64,000 bases of DNA. Origin: Klebsormidium nitens. Lineage: Eukaryota; Plantae; Klebsormidiophyceae. The stretch covers positions 1 to 64,000 of the forward strand of contig DF237216.1 of NCBI GenBank assembly GCA_000708835.1, given 5' to 3'. Positions within the stretch are counted from its first letter, which is position 1; the number at the start of each line of letters is the position of its first letter. Below are positions 36,057-47,423 of this stretch, piece after piece. The notes under the pieces are model-generated. The model ran no database searches. It saw nothing but the letters and a program-made list of their open reading frames with translations, and was not told the DNA's origin. The translations under genes and the position numbers were made by a program.

Positions 36057-39000
36057 CAAAGGACTCTTCGTCGTGAGCACAAGTGGCATAAGCGAAGATA
36101 CTCAAGTTCGACGAAACTGTATTCAGCTTTACCATTCGGGAAGGACAGGGGAGAGATATCTGTGCAAGGAACAGATGTATTGATATTGGTACCGGCTCAA
36201 TCCAAGCAGCAACTCCAGACTATCATGTGCAAACAGCTGTGCCCCTTCCAACTCCAATTCTAAAGGCCGCCGATTTATCTCGTCTTCCTGCAGTCATGAA
36301 GTCCTCGAATTTGTAAGCTGCAACGTTTCATACGGAATACCTAGACCCATCTCCCGACCTGTGTTCAGAAGGTTCGGAGCGGCGCCGAATTTTCTGTTGG
36401 GTTTTATGTTGGATACGGCTGATTGAAGGGCATGCCCCGGATCTTCCTTTTGCGCTTACTTGAGTCACTACGTATACTGAATTCGGCCAGTTCACTGGCC
36501 ACAGACGAACTGTGTTGAGCAAAAGGCTTAAGTCTGACCCATATTTTTACCAAGTCGGCAACCTGTCCGAATGCTGCTGTAACGGGGCTGTAACCGGCCC
36601 TTCTTCCCCGCCTTTGAAGCAATTCTGTACCCAGTTCCTGAGGGCATCTTCTGTGGCCTTTTTAAGTTGGCATCATCGCGCCGTGGTATCATTCGATGAA
36701 GTTTGCGGAGCGCGAGCCTGTCCTAGCGTATGTAAGACTTGCATAATTGAAGTACTTGATTGGACATTGAAGTCTAATCACCATGCTGTCGTCCTGGCAG
36801 GCATATGGTGATTTCCAAGCAGTGATGAGTGAAAACTTGGTTATTCGATCGGGCTGCATCTGGGCTGTCACTGCCTGCCGGGGGCTGCTTTTGACGCGCG
36901 TTCGAGTGCTCTGTGCATCTGCGGCCGCTCGCGCTAGGAACCGTTGAGGCCGCGGCGCGGCCGCGAGACGACGTCCTGATTTAGATTCCACAGAACATCA
37001 TCAACGCGCAGAATATACGAAGCGGCCTGGAATATTCTCTGAGTTCCAAATGACCAACTCGTTCATTTGGTTGTATGCAAACGTAAGTCAATTCTAGCTG
37101 ATCAGGCCGATTCAGTTGCATGACCACGACGAATTTGCTGGTTTTGACCCGCTCGTATCGGGCCATAAAACAATCCATGCAGCTCATTGTTGCGTGGGTT
37201 GTCGACATGCTCCTCGAGAAAGCCAACCAAGATTCTCAAACGGCCCTCCTGCTTTCCCGTTCCGCAGGAGCTCCATAGCCATGGCCAGTAGTCAAGGGCA
37301 AGGAGCCCATTACCGGCGCTGGATCCTGCTACTAGCCCTATAATCAGGGAGTATCCACAGAAGCACGCCTGATCGAATCTTGCAAAATGTTTACTCTGGT
37401 CCTTCATCTGCACACCGGCCAGCTAAATCTCAGTCGCGCCCCAGTGCTTTGACCAAATTTGCATTCGCTGGTCGGCCCATACTGGCCGACGACTCGAACG
37501 TGCTGATTTCCATTGCCTCGCCTCTCACTAGATCTTGTTGAAGTTTCGAACTCAAACCGTTGGCGTCTGATCTGCCGCTTGGCAGACATTTCTTCAGTGA
37601 TTTAGTAGGCGCCGCGGAACCGGGCCGGCCGCGGCCGTCGAATTGAGCCCAGCTGCACGCACCCGCCCGCCAGGCCCCGCCGCCCGCTGCCATGACACTT
37701 CCATGTGCTTAAAAGTTTTAGCTCCCAGCGGCAGATGCCGGCTGTGACATGTGCACTTGATGAACAGAACAGTGAACACAGGGGGATTGCGGCGCGTTGC
37801 CAGCCGCCAGCAGCCGTGAGAAGTGAGGCGCTCAATTCTTGGCTCGGATGCTGCCGGCCCGTTGCTCCACGTTGCCTTGGGCGTGCGTTTCATATACAGT
37901 CAAGCGGTATCGAAAGGGCCATGTCTCATGACTTCAATAGTCAACGGTCCAGCGGAGTTGCATTCGGACAAGTTCGTTTCCACAAAACGAGTGACCAGGT
38001 GCGAAGTTGATTCTTGTTAGTTTACGATTCTGTTGTTTCTGCTCGTTGCATGCCGAGTGGACGGCCAGGCTTAAATCGAAGCCCTACCTCGTCGCATGCA
38101 ATGCATCTCACCAGCGCTTTTCACCGATCCGCAATTGAGGATCTCTGGGGACTGGGGTCAAATACCATTAGCCAGATAGCCTGCAGCACTACATAGAACG
38201 CTGAGTCACTTGTGGGGCCCTCAGCCGCTGGTGCTAGCTTAACTCCTGGCGGGCTGCTGGAGAAGGAATGTGCGCAAAGACTGGGGCTAAACAGCGGCCG
38301 CTGTTAAGGCGGAAGCCCATGTGTGCCTCGCTAGCTATTGGTTCATTGATCTGCGCGCCTGACTCTTCCCTTGCCTTCTCTTCTCAAGTATCGACCTGCT
38401 AGTCACTCTAGGAACATAGGCACCTGACATGAAGATCAGAGGTATGCATCCGAGGAATCCAGGCCATCAGGCAAATGTCCTGAACCAGCTTCTAGTTTTG
38501 CACGAGCTGCAACGAGGTTTTCGGCCGCCTGGCCGACGCAACTGATCCCGTTTGTGGAACACGTGGCATGTGAGTCGATGATGGAATATCTAGCAGAGCT
38601 GATCATGCAGTCTCAGAGTCGTAGAGGATTAGACGCGCCGCCGGCCAGACGGCGGCCGCATGTTGATCTGGGCGGCCGGGCTACAGCCTGTGCAGGAACG
38701 TCATGCTGCCACTCATACAATTACAAGCCTTGAAGTTACCATCTCTCAAAACCACGATAATTAATGCAAGCTGTTGCAAGCAAGTTGGAAAGTTGCAACT
38801 GCAACTGCAAATAATGAAGTGATGTAGGATAGGTACGTAGCAAGCCTTCTTCACATTCTGAGTCAGCCTGGAGTCACTAGCTTTTGCTGCTTTATACACT
38901 GATCAGGATCTGTAGTTGCGTATTGCAGCACGTGCACGTACAGCAGAATGTCAGAGTCCGTTCAAATCCGTACATGTGGGGCGGGTCGTCCGGACCGTTC

Positions 39001-39978
39001 CGATTTAATGTCAACAGCCGCTTGGATCAACCGGGCTCCAGGGAACTCCAAACCCAAGTCGAAACCGTCAAGGTTTCCTAGGAGGGAAACTGACAGTCTG
39101 GCCTGCGAGGTGCCCATGACCGGCTGGCCCGGGTGCCGGTATAATGTAACCCAGCCCTGAAACCCGAAAATAACCAAGCAGCTACCCGGGCCCTTGCTGT
39201 GTCGTGCGCGTGCAACTTTCTGCGTCATATGGTAATAAATGTAACTGCCAGCCTGCAGCTTGGGAAGAAGCAAACCGAGAGCCAACCTGCAGACTGGAAA
39301 GCAGACTTTTCTAGACCAGATTACCTGCCCTCCACACATTTCTAGTACGAGCGCTTTCTCGAGACATGATTGAGTTTCTGCTGCTTGTTGAACTGAGAGG
39401 TTGGCAGCGAAAAGGCTCTAGCTACTGGCATGGCGCCCGGTTGACTCCTGCTGCACCAGCAAGATACAAGCTGCTTTGGAAGGACAGAGGCCAAGTCCTC
39501 GATCAAGTTGATGGGACCTGGTCACCTGGCATCTGCAGCTGGCATGATGATTTTGGGGACCCTTCAGATTAGAAGGTCCTTCATAACCCGGCAAGGGCTG
39601 AGCGCTTGAGCTTGAATCGGGCTTGAATCTGGCTTGAATCTGTGTGCCGTGCAGCAATCTAAGCAGGTTTCGTTCAACTAATTTTCCTGGCTTTCGACTC
39701 AACTACAATCCGGGCGGCGTCCTTTCAGCTCACCGTCAGCGCAGAGTCTTGCTCACAGGCAGGCTTCTTGACCTTCGTATGATTCCTCAGAAGAATCTGC
39801 AGCTGATCTCATCGCCAGCTAGCACTGAAGGTGATCAAGCAGTCCCCAAAGTTGTAGCTATAGAGTCGGTCCTGGAGACCATGACATAGGTACAACAGCG
39901 GTAAAGGAAAAGGATATTGATTCTTATGGAGGGCACCTCATCCTAGAAACAACCCAGTTACTCTAGGTAAAGTACGCA

Positions 39979-42900
39979 ATGGGGCCTCCGGAGGAAGAGA
40001 CACATGCTCCCAACTTGATCCAGGATGACGTAGGACAGAGGTTTCAGCTCGGATCATCGTCTCTGGTTGACAGAGTGAAGAGGTCAGGCGCAGGCACACA
40101 AGAGGCTTCACTGCACCATGAGAAGGGCATGAATCACTTTGGACTCTCCTTGTCCACCCTGAATCTTTCCACCGGAAGCCCCCTACCAGCAGGTATGGTG
40201 CCCGGAAGTGCGTCTATCATGATGATGCAGAGAGAGCTTTTCAAGAAAAGACTGACTAAGAAAACAAGTGCGAAAGGGATACAGCAATGGGAGGTCTGCG
40301 CACTACCAGAGGAGAAGCATCCATCGAGGCGTCGGTAAGTAGCTGACCTTTGCAGCCTTCTTGCCACAAGCATTGGGTGACAATCTGGACATGTTTTCAA
40401 CAGCCTTTGAGTTTGATTATTGGAGGTTGCCATGCTTCCGAGTCTCCTCCCAAAGCAATCTGATGTGGTGCAGACATGGAGTCACATACCGTTCAGCAAT
40501 TTCAACTCGACAAACTGATTATCATTCAGCTCAGGCCTTGACTGTATGCTTGTGCAGGTCTGCAGCCTCAGTCAAAGTTTCATCAACGGCTGAGATTGTA
40601 GTTCCAGCTTTAGAGAAAGTCCTGGCTGAGGTGAGTATATTAAGATTCCAATAAGCATTTATGAGCACCGGTAACTATAGTTGCTTAGCTTGCTGGAAGA
40701 AGCAATGCCTCGCACGCCAGAATACTAGGTCGATGACAACAGAGCTTTTCGGGCTGAATGAGAATTGCCCGGACTTTTTGCACCTTTATACTCACAGCTT
40801 ACTTTGTTGATTTTGTGCGCAGGCTGTGCTGACAGATGAGCAACGCATCAGCGTGCAATTCTCAATTCAAGCAATACAATCCAGGACTCTGTACGAACCA
40901 AGAATCAACGTTGCGGCACATTCCTCCGCAGACAGGCGCAATACAGCTCAGCAACTGGTCTCCATAGGAGAGCTGAAAGTAGTTGACGAATCGTTCAGAT
41001 GGCTAGCACAAGCGTACCACCTAGGTGAGCTCTTCAAATGGACATAAATTGCCTTGCTTGGTCGTATCCAACTTCTGTACGCAAAAGAGACGCAACAATC
41101 CTGCAACGAAGAAAGAAAGATAACAACCCTGCCCTTAGATATGTTGTCAAGACAAGAATTCAACAAGCGGCGTGTGTTTCAATTCGTCGTCGTTCTGCGT
41201 GATCAGTCGTTTGCACCTCCATGCAGATCAATACTCTAATGTCAACGGGGCGTTCGCTTCCAAACCCCTCCCAGCAACCAGCGACTTCCATCAGCCGGAG
41301 CAGAGCCAAGCTCCCAGTCTCTTGATGTGAGGGAATGATCTGCTCTTCTCTGAAGCTGGCAGTTTTGATCAAGGAGCTCATGTGAAAGCTTAGAGTATAG
41401 CCGGCCCTCTAATGCGTACTTGGTGGTTTCGTTTGCAACCTTATGCATCATTCTGCTTTGAAACAACCTCTTCACCAGAGGTTGGAGCTTTAAGATGGAG
41501 GTAATCGTTTAAAAGTTGTCATGTCCCTTCATTCTGAATCCTGCAGCAAATCTGGATCATCGCCTTGGCTGAACCGCCTTGCGCAACCTGAGCGGAAACA
41601 GATTGACAAGGAAGGTCGAGAGACTCTACAGAGGACTGGCAGCACGGGAGAATTGAGTGTTGAGAAGGTCCAGGCAGAGGACGAAAATGTATCCGAGATG
41701 CTAAAAGGGATCCACCGTCGCGACTTTGACGTGTTTGAGTAAGTACTCGCTGGTCGAGTCCGTCGCAAGGTCAATTTGTTTTCTTGCTTGCTCTACTAGT
41801 CATTGTCAAGAGGAGCAAACAAAGTGGTAACATATGATGCTGTTCAAGCCTACGGCAGACGACAAGACTTTCTGGCTTCTGACAAACCACACTATTCGAA
41901 AGCAAGGTGTAACACAACATGCTTCAGCGTCTGAGAGACATCTCATGTGAAGTTCGGCAACTATCAGCTATCGTGTTACGACGTCTCAGCGCTCTTGTCT
42001 TGCTAACAGATTCGCTACCGCTGATGGGGGTGTGGTGCTGAAGCCGGTCGCATCAGCGATTTTCAAAGAACTGGGGCTACTTGAGAAGATTAACATTGGC
42101 AAGCAGACGATGGATGCCTTCCTCGCATCCATCGAAGCTGGCTACTGTGAGGTAAGGAGGCAACGTCCCCTAACAGCATACATACGTCTAGGAAGTGGAT
42201 TGTCGATACCTTCCTTGTCTTCCTACCGTTTTCAGTTGTTACGTACAGCAAGTTATTGACCCCCCTGGAATGCTACCAAGTGACTTTACAGACGAGGATC
42301 TCCTCGTTTTCTCTCTTGGTCTGACGGAGTTTACGAAACTGGGTGATTGGCTTGCTTTGCCCAGGTTCCCTACCACAACGCGTGTCATGCAACAGACGTT
42401 CTTCTGGCGGTGTACAGTCTCATTTCGAGCAGCTCAATGGTGAGTTTAAAACTGAGGCACTCGGATCTACTGAATCGCTTGCTGCTGATGCATTCGTAGT
42501 CCCATTCATGCTTTTAGTCTGTCATCAGGGATTCGCTTCCCACGCGGATCGACAAGATCACCTGCCAGAGACGCATGCGAGCTTCCTTGGAGCGTGCAGC
42601 ACGCTTCAGCAAGAGCTTTGAAGAGATGTGTTGTGCGTCAGCTATTGAGCAAAACTGATCACAAGGTGTTCACCAATGATATGCGTCGTTGTGCAGGCGT
42701 GGATGACTGACCACGAAGTATTCTCGCTGTTGATAGCGGCGATTATTCACGACTTCAAGGTAAGTCTGAACCCGTCGCAAGCCAGTATCTTGACGCTTCA
42801 ATCTTCGTTCAGCTCCAAGAAGCAAGTCTGAACTGTATCTGAGCAGGCAATTCAAAACGACGTGATCAACCTGAGGAGCTAATAACGGAGTCAGAGTTGT

Positions 42901-45900
42901 TACACCTCTTTCGCAAGTCTTATCAGTTAACTTCTTCAGCCAGCGCTCTCGTTATCGTCCTTGGTTTCAATTCTTACCTACGCGTGTTTGCAGCATCCGG
43001 GCGTGAGCAATGGATACCTCATTGCAAGTCGGGACCCTCTTGCCACTCGCTACAACGATCGCGCTGTGCTGGTAAGTTCTGCTGACAAGCTGAGGCTCTC
43101 TGCACTGGCCACAAAGTAGGTTTCTCCGTGCAGATATTTGATAGGTTTTCAGTCTTAGCTTCCTTGGCTTCAAGGATTTGTCTCTCTTCGTATATCTTAT
43201 CGTTGACACAGCCTAGATGACGTACTCGTGCATTTCCTCCTGACTTCCAGATTTGACCTTTCAGCTGCTCTCCGCATCTTGTTAAACGAAGTGACGATTC
43301 TGACACTTCGATGATCGGTTTTGCATGAAGGAAAACTACCATCTGGCGTCATCCTTCTCCGAGATTTACAAGCCCGTTCAGGTGAGCAGTATACGGCTTC
43401 CTTCTCGAATTACTTCTCGCTTTGATCGCTAAGGAGAGACTCAGGGTCTGTCTGATACATCCCGCCGCCAACAAGGAATACATGCAGAACATGCTGTCTG
43501 CATCAGATCAGGCGGTCGTGGCGGTATTGTTCAAGGGCCTTGTCTTTCCATCAGGACTTTTGACCAGGACTGCCCTACCAAACATCACTTTGTAATCTTC
43601 AAGCTCAGCATCTAAGTCTGCGTGTGACCTTGCGAGAGCGGCTCCAATCACTCGCTTATATCCACGCTCTTTGACCAATCTTTTTGTGAGCCTCCCGTTT
43701 CAAGGCCTCATATTTACCCATCTCTTGTTGCAGAATATCATGAAGGGTTTCTCGTCTGAGCATCAGAAGGCTATCCGGGCGCTCATCATCCAGCTGGTGC
43801 TGATCACGGACATGTCTGAGCACTTCAACTTCGTCAACAAAGTGAGTAGATTTGAATTCTTGCCGGAAGCTCCAGGCCGATTTGCAGGGTTGGACGGCCC
43901 TTCTCACAGTACAGGCATTCAGTCACACGATGCCTCATCCTAGCACAAGAAACTTGGTAAGCTTTGGCAGCCAATTCCAGCTGCCAAATTGACCAGGCAA
44001 ACACAGCAGTAATATAAGATCACCAGTACTTCTGACACTTTCTCGCTCAGGCGCGTTCTAGCACCTCGTGACTTCAAGTATAAAGCCAAGTTGCAAACAT
44101 CTTTACATTGCTGCAGTTCAAGGCGTTCGTTCTGGGACCAGACTTCAGCCTCGAAGACCAGCAACACCGGCTCTACGTTTTCCAGGTATGCAAGTCAATT
44201 GCCGGCACCATAAAATGCCTCCATTTAAGGTTTCTTAAGTCTAACTTCTAGGCCCAGCAATTGCCACTCTATCAAGTGCTTCTCAGGACAAGCCGCTTTC
44301 TTGTTTAGCCATTTTGCATCATCAAACTTTGCAGCACTGCCACATCGCTTCTGTTTGCTTGATTGCATCCTAAGATGCATGTTGCATGATGCATGTTCCC
44401 TTGCCCTTTCCCGCGGCCTGTGATCAGCAACCTTGCCACGCATTCAGAAGCACGAGATCTCTTAGTTGCGCGCTAGCCTTTTAACCAGGGATTCTGCTCC
44501 GCAGATGATCCTCAAATGCGCTGACCTCAACAGCGCTGCGAAACCACTCCGCTTAGCCAAAGTGTAAGTGACAAGCCTCGGTCGCATGTACCGGCCTGCT
44601 CAGATTACCCTGGCTCTCTCGGGTTTTCACAGATTTAGAGGAAACTCACGGCTTAAAATGCTGGTGCTGAAGAGAGGCGTTACGAACTGCAACGTCACCT
44701 GCTAATTGGTATCGCTCCTGAAAGACGGGACTGCTGAAATTCAAAGTCTTTCGCCCGTCTCTTGAAGATGAAAATTGGAGGACGTGATCCAGAAGAGGCA
44801 CTCACAGCAATATAACGAAGTAAGCGCCCCAGCACCCGTTTTTCTTCCTCCTCGCAGATGGGCGGATAGGGTCACAGACGAGTTCTTCAATCAAGGAGAC
44901 CTCGAAAAGAAACTGGGACTTCCGGTAGGTCACCACATCCTCTATCCTGGCGCCGACCTTCCTTTCAGCCGTACAGAGGGTTCGTATGAAGACTATTGAC
45001 GTGGTGGGGAGTATCCTGTCTTTCCGAGAGCGGAACTCGTTGACCGAACCGGTTTATGAGACGTAGAGCCGTTCGGCCATATGTACATGTGCCGAGAGTC
45101 CAGTCGTCATACCCATCCAGTTAAGTATCGTCTAGATCCAAATCAACAAAGGCGAATTATCAAAATTCCTACCTTAGGCGACTGCGAGCGGAGGCCACAT
45201 ACTAATGGTGCTGTTAGATCCACTCGATGTTTTCAAAAAGTCGAGGAAATTCACCAATCGAGGACACTAGTCGGCTTACATCACGACCTCTCAACCGCGA
45301 AATTTACGTATGCAAAACATCGATGTGCGGTACTATCAAGCTGTCGCCCTCAGTGGAGAGATTTGAGCAGCCGAGAAACTTGTTAATCTTTCCTGGAATC
45401 ACGTGACAGACGGCTCCAATCTGGGTCCAAAATCAGAGTGCAGGACGATCCCTTTTGCTTATATGTGAGAATCTGAGCAACTGTGATTGCAATGTGCTTT
45501 CAGGTGTCACCAATGTGCGACAAGCAGGCGGCAGACATTCCGAGGCAACAGCTCCGCTTCATCGATTTCATCGTAAGTCTGCCCCAGTCTGTGAAGCTGG
45601 TTTGGAACCGCGTCTGACATCGTTTTTTGCGAGAAATGTTGGAGGCAAATTCACGAAAACGCTCTGTCCGCTCGAGAACTCACAAAAAAATCCGCCCTTC
45701 GCCAACGGGATTTGAAGTCGAAATGCGCCGTGTTTCTATGTGTTTCTATGTTTTTTTCTATGAACGAACGGTCTAATGCTGAACGCCGAGTGTTCGCTTG
45801 GTGCAGGTGCAGCCAATGTTTGAGAGCTTCGCGGAGTACTGCCCAGCCCTCGACGAATGGTTCCGGGTGCGTTGAACAAAACTGGCTGTTATATCGAGAA

Positions 45901-46264
45901 GATTGCTGTGACATTTCAGAATCCTATGCAGAAGCGGACAGACAAATTGTTTTATCTGCTACAAAGCTCGACTTTTGACGTAAGTCATTGTTGACTCAAG
46001 AGCTGCAGAACTGTGCGAAGTGTCTCTCTCAGAGGTTGCTTGGACTGTAGCGAACCAGCTGTCAGACATCACGTAGCTCGCCGGAACGCATGTTCCCAAG
46101 GTCAGAGAGTCCCGAATATCCGTCCTTTTTGAAATGCTTGAGCTCTTCGGTCGCAGGATCTGGAGAACAACAAAGAGTACTGGGAAAGCCAGTGCAAAGG
46201 CGCGCAGCAATGCTCAGGCAGAGCCATGCGGCGATCCAACAGCGAGAGGTCTCTCAAGTTGTAG
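39979..46264 (+). CDS. PDE: Class I 3',5'-cyclic nucleotide phosphodiesterase (PDEase_I/HD domain), 17 exons, 623 aa
   Basis: Exons 39979-40334, 40558-40630, 40823-41024, 41227-41326, 41547-41738, 42010-42151, 42365-42439, 42697-42759, 42994-43071, 43331-43381, 43734-43841, 44117-44185, 44505-44563, 44858-44924, 45504-45572, 45807-45866 and 46157-46264 all join in phase. Motifs PYHNACHATDV, AAIIHDFKHPGVSN, YNDRAVLENYH, LVLITDMSEHF, KCADL, EFFNQGD.EK, QLRFIDFI, NNKEYW. Confidence 0.93.
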
Positions 46265-47423
46265 GGTCGATGCTCTGACACAAGACGCTTAGCGGATTAT
46301 TTGACATTTAATGGCTCTCAATGGACATCTGAGGTAGGGCGCCATCATTCGCGGAAGAAACACTGCACCTCCATGGCCGGTCAACCTCCACTAGCTTGCA
46401 TAATCACCGTCAAAAGGTATCAATCGGATACAATTGAAGGTTAACGTTAGCTTTCAAATTTATTCTAAGCAGAGCATTGCACTGGACCTCACCCAACGTA
46501 CGGCAGTCCATGAGAGGCCGGACTTCCATTCCAACCTAGGCAGCGTTAGTGGACGTGGCTAGTTCATTGCTTAACAAGGTACCGCAAACGCAAGCAACCG
46601 TTGAAGCATCCGGTGATCCCCAGGCCCTGAGGCTCGTGTCCCAACTTTCATTATAGCGAATTCTGCGTCACACGAGCCTCAGCACTTTTCATCGAATATA
46701 TGCGTAACGCCTTTGAAACTTGCATGGTTGAGTGCATGAGAGCACTGTTTATAGGATGCAGTAGCTCCCATGGCCGCGATATGCGCGGCCTTGCATGAAA
46801 TATAGGCAATGATGCCAGCCGCGCTGGCCGGTTATGAGTCCCATCCAGAACATGATGACAAATTAGTCATTTAGGGCAGCAGGCTCGGGCCCCACATATG
46901 TGCGGGCCCGTACTAGACGTGTATATAGGCCGCGCGTGATTGCATTGGACGCCGCAACGTACCGCTTATGGCATGATTGCAGTGCGCAGCGTATTACAGG
47001 TGTTTGCATGCCCGGCGGCCGCCCACTTAGTCCGGCACCCAATTAGATTGGGCGGCCCAGTCGGATGCATGCCAGCACGTGTACGATTCATATCACAGGC
47101 CCGGCGGCAGACGGGCCGTCTCTTCGCCTGCAACGGCGCCGCGCATCAGGGCTTGTGCATGTCGGATGCGTGACCGACCTCACGATGATCAGCTTTTGCT
47201 TTACAGGCCTCTCCTTGCGGCTTGACATGTCCGGTAAGTATGAAGGGTGCAATCTAGCCATTTCTGTCACGGTATGCAGGACAATTCAGGTGAGACGTTA
47301 AAGAAATAGCAACATCCTGCTGACTGGCGAGACAGCTCTGTGAGAGCCCACCTTTGCACAAGGATCAATGATCCAATCTACCGAACAAGTCCCTAGACGT
47401 TACCCTACGATTAAAGCGCTCAG

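Noticed and set aside
39366-39572. WHGARL...YKLLWKD, Tudor/Agenet-like ORF
   Set aside because: No ATG or supporting splice structure; lies in the probable PDE upstream region.
44990-45400. Possible retroelement fragment (NIDVRYY) in a PDE intron
   Set aside because: A single weak motif with no RT, integrase or LTR context.
39979-47400. CAPE-type PDE-adenylyl cyclase fusion
   Set aside because: The reading frame stops at 46264 and no cyclase motifs occur before the convergent UXS gene.
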